Source of the DNA: a virus
Virus record (IMG/VR): IMGVR_UViG_3300027749_000073
Span: 25,503-89,502 of that record
Reading direction: 5' to 3' (one strand)
DNA: 64,000 nt
How positions within the stretch are numbered: position 1 is the stretch's first letter; each line of letters begins with the position of its first letter. Positions 38,024 to 46,576 of the stretch are shown here, in pieces. Both the position numbers and the translations under genes were made by a program. The notes beneath the pieces were generated by a model. That model was not told the DNA's origin. It saw only the letters and a program-made list of their open reading frames with translations, and did not search any database.

Positions 38024-38594
38024 ACGCATATTTTTTACAGGTGTGCCGGGTAGTAGATGGAGTGGTATAGCACGTACTATTGAAGATAGTATTACTAGCT
38101 TTAACACATCGGATAGATCTGTAGATAAACAATATACGCATCATGCATTTAGTGGTCACGTTGGTGCGTATTTTGGAAAAGAAATGGAATATGATTCATG
38201 TTTAGATGATCCTAATTATTTAGATTCCGCTTGGTTAACTCCGGGCGGAACTAGACTTATTAAAAGTCATGATTGGGCGTATAAATTAGATAGTATTAAA
38301 GAAGTGTATCCTAATGATTGGATTATGTTAGTATATCGACCCGATGCAAGTAGTTATGCATGGTGGTTTGAAGCAGGGGGATTTCAAATTAGTTATCCTA
38401 ATTATAGTTGGTATAAAAATCACGCTAAAATGCTAGCAGAGATTACTATACAAAATAATAATATCTTAGAATTTGGATATAAGCATAATGTAACATGGGA
38501 ATATTTTACACCTCAGTGGCTTAGTAAACAGTTTAATCAAACAGTAGAGTTTACACAAACTTGGCCAGATATATTAGTAGCAATTGTAAAATGA
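37998..38594 (+). CDS. Sulfotransferase-like P-loop protein
   Basis: IFFTGVPGSRWSG, LIKSH, IMLVYR. Confidence 0.5.
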   Translation: MENYYLNNKRIFFTGVPGSRWSGIARTIEDSITSFNTSDRSVDKQYTHHAFSGHVGAYFGKEMEYDSCLDDPNYLDSAWLTPGGTRLIKSHDWAYKLDSIKEVYPNDWIMLVYRPDASSYAWWFEAGGFQISYPNYSWYKNHAKMLAEITIQNNNILEFGYKHNVTWEYFTPQWLSKQFNQTVEFTQTWPDILVAIVK

Positions 38595-38821
38595 GAGATC
38601 ACGTCTGGTATATCAAATACGCAAGTGCAGCTACTATTCTAACTGCTATGATTTTTCATGTATTAGGACTTACTCCGTGGAATAGCATACTACAAATGAT
38701 TGGTGCTAGTGGATGGATATATGTAGGATACAGATGGAAAGAACCTGCATTACTATTCAATTTTATTCCACAGTTTTTTATTATAATTCCTGGATTAATC
38801 TATCTTTATTTTTTTAAATAA
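38591..38821 (+). CDS. Small membrane protein
   Basis: ATG 38591; about three hydrophobic segments. Confidence 0.55.
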   Translation: MRDHVWYIKYASAATILTAMIFHVLGLTPWNSILQMIGASGWIYVGYRWKEPALLFNFIPQFFIIIPGLIYLYFFK

Positions 38822-39543
38822 ACAAAAAATAATCGATTATTATTATCTTTTTTAAATGTTTCTAATGAAAGATTATATTGCTTTGCAAAATTATATGCAA
38901 TTTCAAATGACCATGCAAAAATATCTACGTATGGTCCATTTGGATGTAATATACCTGGATTTGCTCTAATATAAATTTTGCCATTTGGAGCAAGCAACGA
39001 CACAATTTTTGAAAATCTTTGATCAATATCATCGTGCGAATTAAAATTTAACGATCCTAAAACAAGTATATGATCAAATAACAATTCTGTAATATTAAAG
39101 TCTAAAATATCAACCATATATTCAGCACAATTATTATACGGATCGATACCTATTAAATTGTGTATTCTTCCTTTAAATGGATGATATCCACAACCAACGT
39201 CTAACACTGCATTAGGCTGTTGGTTATTAATTTCATCAACTAGATTCCAACCGCTATATGTGTATGCTTCAGTTTTTGGTTTCCATATTTCACCAAAAAA
39301 TCTATTTAAATATCGAGCATCTAATGCATTTACAACTGTGTCAATCGTGCCATTAACATCTACTGTATCAAAATTTAACTCTTGTTTAATTGTATTTTGA
39401 AATTTAAGATATCTTGCAGGAGTCCATGGTAATTCGTTTATAACACTTTTTGAATTTAATTCAAGTCTTGTATTGTTATATTTTGGTAAATTGAAGGATT
39501 GTTCTAAATTTTTTATAATTAGATTAAAAATTCTAGTATTCAT
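38806..39543 (-). CDS. Class I SAM-dependent methyltransferase with N-terminal extension
   Basis: VLDVGCG, IGIDP, FDHILVLGSLNF, LAPNG; probable start MNTRIF. Confidence 0.8.
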   Translation of the reverse strand: MNTRIFNLIIKNLEQSFNLPKYNNTRLELNSKSVINELPWTPARYLKFQNTIKQELNFDTVDVNGTIDTVVNALDARYLNRFFGEIWKPKTEAYTYSGWNLVDEINNQQPNAVLDVGCGYHPFKGRIHNLIGIDPYNNCAEYMVDILDFNITELLFDHILVLGSLNFNSHDDIDQRFSKIVSLLAPNGKIYIRANPGILHPNGPYVDIFAWSFEIAYNFAKQYNLSLETFKKDNNNRLFFVYLKK

Positions 39544-39562
39544 TAATGATTTTCCGTATGTG

Positions 39563-39598
39563 ATAAATAATATTATAAAAATACAAAAATTTTGTATT
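39563..39598 (+). promoter_or_regulatory. Late promoter plus perfect palindrome
   Basis: ATAAATA 39563-69; AATACAAAA-A-TTTTGTATT 39580-98 between divergent genes. Confidence 0.6.
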
Positions 39599-39625
39599 AT
39601 AGTGTAATTATCAAGGAGATAATAT

Positions 39626-40324
39626 ATGTTAACAGGAAAAGAGTTTGTTGCAAAAATCAAACAAGAGAACGCTGCATTATTTAAAGCTAGCCAAATTAAT
39701 GTAAAAGCATACTTTGACAGTAACCCAAGTCAAGAAGAATTAGTTGACCATTTTATTGGTCGTATGGTTAATGAGCGCATGAATATGGTTGAAATTAGCC
39801 AAGCTATTGCAGAATTACCAGCTGATACTGATCCAGTTGAATTGCAATTATTAACACAACAAGCCCATGATGAGGCTGTACATTTTCGTCTAGTTAAAGA
39901 AGTAATTGAACACATTCAAGGTTCGCCTGTTGATGTTAATGCTGCAATTGCTGCAGAAGCTGCAAAACCTACAGCTAAAGGTGCATCGTTGTTAGCAAAA
40001 TACGGCGCAGAAACTGATCCGCTTGCGTTAGCTGCATATCAACTAATTGCCGAAGGCCGTGCTGAAGCAGTTTGGAATCAAATGGCAGAATGCATTGAAG
40101 ATACTTTTATTAGTAAATCATATGCGAAAATTGCCAAAGACGAAGGATTTCATTCTAATATTGGCGGATGGAAACTTGAAAAATTAGCAGTAGATTCAAC
40201 TACACAAGCATACGTTACAACTATTGTAGATCAAATGCGTAAAGATTTATTTGATATTAGCTGCAAAAATACACTCGAAGTTCCTGCTGCAAAACAATTA
40301 GTTACCGACGCATACGGTTGGTAA
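39626..40324 (+). CDS. Ferritin-like di-iron carboxylate protein
   Basis: Paired E...DExxH motifs: NERM/HDEAVH and AEGRA/KDEGFH; helical composition. Confidence 0.8.
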   Translation: MLTGKEFVAKIKQENAALFKASQINVKAYFDSNPSQEELVDHFIGRMVNERMNMVEISQAIAELPADTDPVELQLLTQQAHDEAVHFRLVKEVIEHIQGSPVDVNAAIAAEAAKPTAKGASLLAKYGAETDPLALAAYQLIAEGRAEAVWNQMAECIEDTFISKSYAKIAKDEGFHSNIGGWKLEKLAVDSTTQAYVTTIVDQMRKDLFDISCKNTLEVPAAKQLVTDAYGW

Positions 40325-40331
40325 TACACTT

Positions 40332-40360
40332 AAGACGGGGTTACTCCCGTCTTTCTTTCA
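40332..40360 (+). terminator. Rho-independent terminator
   Basis: AAGACGGG-GTTACT-CCCGTCTT then T-rich. Confidence 0.8.
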
Positions 40361-40379
40361 CCTTTTTTAAAATAATAAT

Positions 40380-40808
40380 ATGAAAGCACAACGCATTTTA
40401 GTAATGGGATTGCCTGGTGCTGGCAAAACTTACTTAACATCACACATTGTAACTGAATTAAAAAACCGTAATAAACTTGTTAAATGGTTAAATGCAGACA
40501 CTATACGAGAACAATACAATGATTGGGATTTTAGTACAGAAGGTAGAATCCGTCAAAGTAAACGTATGCGAGATCTTGCAGATTTGTCAACAGATATAGA
40601 TTTTGTCATATGCGATTTTGTTGCACCATTGATTGAAATGAGAGATATTTTTGATGCAACATATGTAATCTGGGTTGATACAATTAATACATCACAATTT
40701 GCAGATACTAACAGTATGTTTATTCCTCCTCAAAATTATACATTTCGTGTTACTGAACAACACAGTGAAAAATGGGGTAAAATTATTGTGGATGATATTG
40801 TTTTATGA
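40380..40808 (+). CDS. cysC: Adenylylsulfate (APS) kinase-like protein
   Basis: GLPGAGKT, WLNADTIR, DFSTEGRIRQ, ICDFVAP...R; shorter than bacterial CysC. Confidence 0.7.
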   Translation: MKAQRILVMGLPGAGKTYLTSHIVTELKNRNKLVKWLNADTIREQYNDWDFSTEGRIRQSKRMRDLADLSTDIDFVICDFVAPLIEMRDIFDATYVIWVDTINTSQFADTNSMFIPPQNYTFRVTEQHSEKWGKIIVDDIVL

Positions 40809-41431
40809 AACAACTGTTATTGTTAACTGGACCTCAAGGTGCCGGAAATCATTTATGGAGCAAAATTTTTAGTTTACATCCCGAGGTATATGGATGGAAA
40901 ACATTATTAGAAAACTATTGGGAAGCACATAGATTTGCAGAACCGTTTTGTAATTATTGGAAAGATCACAGTTTATTAGATACATTTGATTGGTCACAAA
41001 GTAATTTTTACTTTACTAGTATTAGTTGCCCATTAGGAATACAAGAACATAAATGGATGCCTGATATTGCAGGATTTACTGCTGCAGTTGAACAACATAA
41101 GGTTAATGTAACTATCGTAGTTTGCGGACGTGATCAAACTATTTTAGAAAATCAACAAATTAGATTAAGAAGTGAACATACCTTTCCGCTGTTTATGGAA
41201 CAGTTACTTACTTTTAAGCAGCCAATATTTTTAAGTTATGAGTTGTTGTATTTGTATAAAGAAAAGTATTTACAAAGTCTTAATCTTAATATTCCAATTG
41301 CGTACAATGATACCCGTATATACAAAATACTTAAAGATGACAGTAATAAAAAATATATACATTATGTTGATAATTATATTCTTGACCAATGTAATAAAAC
41401 TGGGATTCCTTTAAAAGAGCTACCAAAATGA
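40805..41431 (+). CDS. Sulfotransferase-like P-loop protein
   Basis: LLLTGPQGAGNHLWSKIFSLHPEV, IVVCGRD, FLSYE. Confidence 0.55.
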   Translation: MKQLLLLTGPQGAGNHLWSKIFSLHPEVYGWKTLLENYWEAHRFAEPFCNYWKDHSLLDTFDWSQSNFYFTSISCPLGIQEHKWMPDIAGFTAAVEQHKVNVTIVVCGRDQTILENQQIRLRSEHTFPLFMEQLLTFKQPIFLSYELLYLYKEKYLQSLNLNIPIAYNDTRIYKILKDDSNKKYIHYVDNYILDQCNKTGIPLKELPK

Positions 41432-42069
41432 AAAAACTTTTAATATTAACAGGGCCGCAAGGATCAGGTAATCATATTTTTAGTAGAGTATTAAGCACAC
41501 ATCCTAACGTTGGCGGATGGAAAGAATTACTAAGTAGCTATTGGATTCCTAGTGACCAAGAAACATTTGCAAAATTTTGGGTATATCCAGAACTATTAAC
41601 AGAACAAGATTTTGATGGATTTGATTTTTGGCTTGCAAATGTTAGTTGCCCTTTTTTCTACGACGGAATAAGATATGTTCCAAAGATATTAGAAGTAGCC
41701 AATCGCGCGTCGTTGTTTGGTATAACAGTTGAAATTGCAATCGTAGTTAGAGATCAAACCATTAACTCACTCCAACAAGAGCGTGTAGGCGGCCAAATTA
41801 CACTATCAATTGCTCAGGATTATTATTATACTACCTTAGTACCAAGCAACTACAAAATACATTTCATAGATCACGAAGCCTTCTTTTTACATAAGTCGTA
41901 CTATCTAAAATGGTTAAGTTCTATCCTTGATTTTCCTATTTTATACGACAGCAATGAAGTAATGAAATTTATAGAAACTGATGCTAATTCTAAATATGTA
42001 CAATCAATTGAGACACACTGGCTTGATAGTGAAATTAGACACGGTCGTAAACCGTTTACTGATCGATGA
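41428..42069 (+). CDS. Sulfotransferase-like P-loop protein (tandem paralogue)
   Basis: LILTGPQGSGNHIFSRVLSTHPNV, IVVRD, FIDHE. Confidence 0.55.
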   Translation: MKKLLILTGPQGSGNHIFSRVLSTHPNVGGWKELLSSYWIPSDQETFAKFWVYPELLTEQDFDGFDFWLANVSCPFFYDGIRYVPKILEVANRASLFGITVEIAIVVRDQTINSLQQERVGGQITLSIAQDYYYTTLVPSNYKIHFIDHEAFFLHKSYYLKWLSSILDFPILYDSNEVMKFIETDANSKYVQSIETHWLDSEIRHGRKPFTDR

Positions 42070-42614
42070 ACATAGGGTTAAGTCAAAGGATTTGGTATGA
42101 CAAAGGACTGTCTTATGATGCACTCGATAGTTCTTGGTATTCATTTTTAAAAGATCATCAAATAACTGCTATTCAAAATCGAATTGATCAAAATTTTGAT
42201 TACCTTGCAGATACACTTGATAGTTTTATCATTACTGGTGGCAATGATGCATCTATTAGAAGAATAGTTGAAATTAAATTAGCTACTGCAATGATGATAC
42301 GAGGTAAACCTGTTTTAGGCATTTGTCATGGTGCATTTTTATTAACTGAACTGTTAGGTGGCACTATCATGTTGTGCAATAATCATACAGATACTAATCA
42401 CATAGTAATTATAGATAACACTAGCATAATGGTTAATTCATTTCATACATTGCAAATAACTAACCCTCCGCCTGCTGCAACAGTATTGGCAGTTGATACA
42501 GAGGGGTATTGTGAATCGTGGATTGATAACTCATTAGCTGGTATAGTGTGGCATCCTGAAAGAATGAAATTTCCAGTTGTGCCTAACGACATTACAGTAT
42601 TACTGCATATTTGA
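42066..42614 (+). CDS. Class I glutamine amidotransferase (peptidase C26/PuuD-like)
   Basis: IITGG, PVLGICHG, VNSFH, WHPE catalytic triad. Confidence 0.85.
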   Translation: MNIGLSQRIWYDKGLSYDALDSSWYSFLKDHQITAIQNRIDQNFDYLADTLDSFIITGGNDASIRRIVEIKLATAMMIRGKPVLGICHGAFLLTELLGGTIMLCNNHTDTNHIVIIDNTSIMVNSFHTLQITNPPPAATVLAVDTEGYCESWIDNSLAGIVWHPERMKFPVVPNDITVLLHI

Positions 42615-43172
42615 ATCTAAAGATTTAGCAAAATCTAATAGATTAGGAAATTCACTAGCATTGCTACCAACTGGTAGTTTTACTGATCCGTTGTTAATTA
42701 ATACTGGCGATGATTTTACTTTTGATGCTGCTTTAACATCAGCAGCTGACGAACCAATATAAATTGAATCTTTCCAAATAATCATATTTTCTTTTTGTGC
42801 TCGATCAAACATAGCTGTGTTTGGTTTAACATAGTCATCATGTTTGTCAGTACCAGGTGCAAAATACACATTTTTTATTCTTCCACCTGATTGTTGAATA
42901 AATTCAGTTACTGATCCAATGATATTTTCAAAATCTTGTTGTTGTAAATTCTTAGTACGTAACGTAGGTTGCCCACTAATAATTAAAAAATCATAACCCT
43001 TTCTTACTAATGTTTGAATTGCTAACTCTGCCCCTTCAAATATTTGTAACTGATCACCAGGTGTAAATGCAGTTGAGTTATCAAGTAATACTCCAAATAT
43101 TTCTAAGCCAATTACTTTGCGATTTGCCTGCAGTTCCCATACATCTTTAACATATTTTAAATATCGGTTCAT
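42600..43172 (-). CDS. GmhB-like HAD phosphatase homologue with degenerate active site
   Basis: GmhB-like layout (LVRKGY..LIISGQ, GGRIKNVYF, KPNTAMF, SIYIG..ADVKAA) but motif I DxD reads EIF; start 43172 has SD GGAG and an upstream TAAATA. Confidence 0.65.
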   Translation of the reverse strand: MNRYLKYVKDVWELQANRKVIGLEIFGVLLDNSTAFTPGDQLQIFEGAELAIQTLVRKGYDFLIISGQPTLRTKNLQQQDFENIIGSVTEFIQQSGGRIKNVYFAPGTDKHDDYVKPNTAMFDRAQKENMIIWKDSIYIGSSAADVKAASKVKSSPVLINNGSVKLPVGSNASEFPNLLDFAKSLDSNMQ

Positions 43173-43260
43173 ATATACTCCGTGTTGTGAAATATTTAGT
43201 AAGCAACAATATTTACGCCTTGCTTTTTGATAAATATAAGATAATGAATGGTGCATATAT

Positions 43261-44292
43261 ATGAGTTTTTTAAATTATTTTTTACCTGGACTAGGATCTA
43301 CCCTTAAATTTAAAAATAGTCCTAAACTATCTTACAAAGGAACTGTAATTACAGTTACACCTAATGTAGTGGTAGACAGCTGGTTTGTGACTGATTTTTC
43401 AAGTGCAACATACGACATTGCAATTGAATATGGTATAAATGATATCGAACACGTTAATATTGTTGTAACATCACGGGTTAATCAAGCATCTATAATGATA
43501 TACGGTATTACAAATTTAGGAAAAGATTTAGTTAAATTTACTGCAACTGTTGATTCATCAAAGGTATATTTAATTGCAAATCCATATACTGATGGAACTA
43601 ATTCGTTAGTTAATATAAAACTTATTGTAAAATCAACATATTCTGAAAAAATAATGCCGTCACAAGTTCCAACTGTTACTGATTCCTCATCTAATATAGG
43701 CGGCGCAGATGGATCGTTTTTAAATTGGCAAAATTCAAATTTAGCAAACGGCACATTGTATGTAGCTGATGATGGAAATTTAAGTATTAGCAACATTGGT
43801 ATTATTACTGTACCGTTAAACACTAGTTTAGCATCGGATTTTATTATGTCAACGTTGCATATACAGAATACAGATGGGTATATCGGAATTACTACTAATA
43901 GTTTAACCAATACTCTTACATTTACACTTAATTCAACTCCTAATTTAAATGTAATTAATTCTGTAGCAGCAACTCCGGCAGTATTATCAACGATTAATAA
44001 TGTTAGTTTTGGCCTTACAACACCAGCTCCTGCAACATTTTCTAATTTAACAAACAATGCATCAACAACGCTATCACCTAGCAATCTAACAGTAACTATT
44101 GCACCTAGCGGCACTGGAACTATTAATATTTCTGCAGGAACTACTGGCACTATCGATAATACATCATTTGGAAGTACAACCGCAACAACTGGAAATTTTA
44201 ACAGTTTGATGTTAAGTGGTACTGCAATTAATAAAACAAATTTGGTAAAAATTAAAGAATTAACACCAATACTTTTCTGTGGAGCAATATAA
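43261..44292 (+). CDS. Virion fibre/structural protein
   Basis: Thr/Ser/Asn-rich; GTIDN..GSTT..TG.F repeats; late box ATAAATA at 43230. Confidence 0.55.
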   Translation: MSFLNYFLPGLGSTLKFKNSPKLSYKGTVITVTPNVVVDSWFVTDFSSATYDIAIEYGINDIEHVNIVVTSRVNQASIMIYGITNLGKDLVKFTATVDSSKVYLIANPYTDGTNSLVNIKLIVKSTYSEKIMPSQVPTVTDSSSNIGGADGSFLNWQNSNLANGTLYVADDGNLSISNIGIITVPLNTSLASDFIMSTLHIQNTDGYIGITTNSLTNTLTFTLNSTPNLNVINSVAATPAVLSTINNVSFGLTTPAPATFSNLTNNASTTLSPSNLTVTIAPSGTGTINISAGTTGTIDNTSFGSTTATTGNFNSLMLSGTAINKTNLVKIKELTPILFCGAI

Positions 44293-44816
44293 TGAACGGT
44301 TATACATATATTAGTGTATCAGGTCAAAACACAATTGGATTAAATTATTCAAATAATACACTTAATTTAGTTGCATCTGGAGGTATCAATCTAACTACAA
44401 ATTCAACTACACAAACATTAACTATTAATACTAGTTCAAATTTTTCAGTTAGCGACCTTAATGTAACTAACTCATTAACTCTTAATCCAGTTAATATTGG
44501 ATCTATTGACAACGTATCAATTGGATCTATTACACCAAGAATTGGAGTATTTTCAACTCTTGTTGCAACTGGAGCAGTAACTTTTAATCCAGCAAATGCA
44601 AACATTACTATTAGCCCAATCGGATCTGGAACTCTTATTATTAATCCAGCAACTACTGGATCTATTAATAATGTTAATATAGGAAGTACTGTACCAGCTG
44701 CTGGTACATTTACTAATGTAACAATAACATCATTACAACAATCTAATGCTGCCAGTGCAGTAACAAAAGGGTTTGCAACTGCCCTTGCGGCAGCATATGG
44801 TGTTGCATTATCATAA
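44292..44816 (+). CDS. Virion fibre/structural protein
   Basis: GSIDNVSIGS repeats; C-terminus ALAAAYGVALS. Confidence 0.55.
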   Translation: MNGYTYISVSGQNTIGLNYSNNTLNLVASGGINLTTNSTTQTLTINTSSNFSVSDLNVTNSLTLNPVNIGSIDNVSIGSITPRIGVFSTLVATGAVTFNPANANITISPIGSGTLIINPATTGSINNVNIGSTVPAAGTFTNVTITSLQQSNAASAVTKGFATALAAAYGVALS

Positions 44817-44829
44817 TGAAGATTAACAT

Positions 44830-46548
44830 ATGACATCAGTATTAAAATTATTTAGAAGTTCACACGGGTTTAATAGTCCATATTTTGTAGTAGACGCAAG
44901 CGGTAATATAGTTTCAAAATCGTTAACTATTACCGGAAGTCGAATTGAATTAACTAGTAATTCGTATATAAGTTATAACGGGTCGCCATTAATAACAAAT
45001 ACCGCGTTGTCATCAACGATTACATCTATTCCTGGAATATTAACTAGTTTAACTGTTAACGGAAATGTTTCAGTAACGGGCGGAAATGCATTAATAAATC
45101 CGTATACAACCGGTACGATTGATAACGTTATTATTGGTAGCACTACTGCAAAATCAGGGTCGTTTAGTACATTAACTGCATCGTCATTAGGATCTGTTAA
45201 TTTAAGTCCATTAGGATTAGTTAACATTAATCCAACTGGACCTGTTTTTATAAAATCATCCGGTACTACAACTAGTATTAATTTAAATGCAACTGCATCG
45301 TCTTTACAATTAGGCGGAAGTAGAACTGCAGTATCGTCAACTTGGGCAATTTTAACTGGCACATTAAATTTACAATCAACCGGGTTACCGTATCATAGTT
45401 ATAATAACCCACTGGCTACTGTTCCAACTGTTCAAAATTTTAATGTAACAATAAAGTTAAAAGCCGGAACCAATCAAGCAGCTAGTACACCTTTATTAGT
45501 TCCATCAAATACCCCTATTGGCTACTGCTTAAACGGTGTTGCTATTTTTAGTCCATCCGGTTATAATAAATCACCTACTGGTACAAATGCATATTATCCC
45601 GGATGGGAATACAATGCAGCACCAAGTTCAGGAATTGCATTAGGATATACATTTAATGATGATAATGCAGGTGGATCTGCATCATTATCAGGTACTTATC
45701 ATTATAGAGATTTTAGCTTTATAACTGCATGGACTACTGGTGTAGGGTATACATTAGGTTCAACTACTACTACCGGTCTTGCAGAAATTAATACAATTCC
45801 GTATTATAATGGCAGTTTTACGCAAACAGATAATCATTCAAAAATATTAGGATTTGCAAACGACGGGTATCCTATCTATGGACCATATGGATATAGTACA
45901 GCAACTGATAGGTTTTCCACAGTTACGCGCATGGTTTCAGGATATACATTAAATACAATTAGAGTAGGTATTAATGCTCCTCTTGTAAATTCAACATATC
46001 CGTTAGGTATTTTTGTGCAAGATTATACGTTTACAACTGCTGGCACATTGGATGCAAACAATGGCAGATATTGTGTAACGCCTGATTATCCAAATGGCAC
46101 TTACGCTTATTTTGTAACAGTTAATTCATCAGGATCTCCAGTGTATCCTTATATTATAGGACCTACATTCTATGGTGATATGAGTGCATCAGGTACTGGA
46201 TTTGGACCATCAACAATTAATAACGGATCAGTAACTATTAGTCCAGCAAATACGCTTACCTTAGGTACAGTTGGACAAACTACTAACATTATTAGTAATT
46301 TAACATTAACTAATAATCAAAATATTACAATACGCCCAATTGGCACTGGTGTGTTATCGGTTAATCCTGTAACATTAGGCACTATTGATAATATGAATAT
46401 TGGATCAACAATTGCTACAACTGGTAGATTTACAAATGTAACATTAACGACTTCTGATGAAAATTGGAATTCAAATAGATCTCAAGTATCTACTAAACGA
46501 TATGCAGAAAACATGTCATTAGCATTAACATTCTTTGGAATGCATTAA
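44830..46548 (+). CDS. Fibre protein carrying a YHYH-family domain
   Basis: NGVAIF, GTYHYR, HSKILGFANDGYPIYGPYG, LDANNGRYCVTPDYPNGTYAYF. Confidence 0.75.
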   Translation: MTSVLKLFRSSHGFNSPYFVVDASGNIVSKSLTITGSRIELTSNSYISYNGSPLITNTALSSTITSIPGILTSLTVNGNVSVTGGNALINPYTTGTIDNVIIGSTTAKSGSFSTLTASSLGSVNLSPLGLVNINPTGPVFIKSSGTTTSINLNATASSLQLGGSRTAVSSTWAILTGTLNLQSTGLPYHSYNNPLATVPTVQNFNVTIKLKAGTNQAASTPLLVPSNTPIGYCLNGVAIFSPSGYNKSPTGTNAYYPGWEYNAAPSSGIALGYTFNDDNAGGSASLSGTYHYRDFSFITAWTTGVGYTLGSTTTTGLAEINTIPYYNGSFTQTDNHSKILGFANDGYPIYGPYGYSTATDRFSTVTRMVSGYTLNTIRVGINAPLVNSTYPLGIFVQDYTFTTAGTLDANNGRYCVTPDYPNGTYAYFVTVNSSGSPVYPYIIGPTFYGDMSASGTGFGPSTINNGSVTISPANTLTLGTVGQTTNIISNLTLTNNQNITIRPIGTGVLSVNPVTLGTIDNMNIGSTIATTGRFTNVTLTTSDENWNSNRSQVSTKRYAENMSLALTFFGMH

Positions 46549-46576
46549 CACATAATATATTTGGAGATATTTTAAA

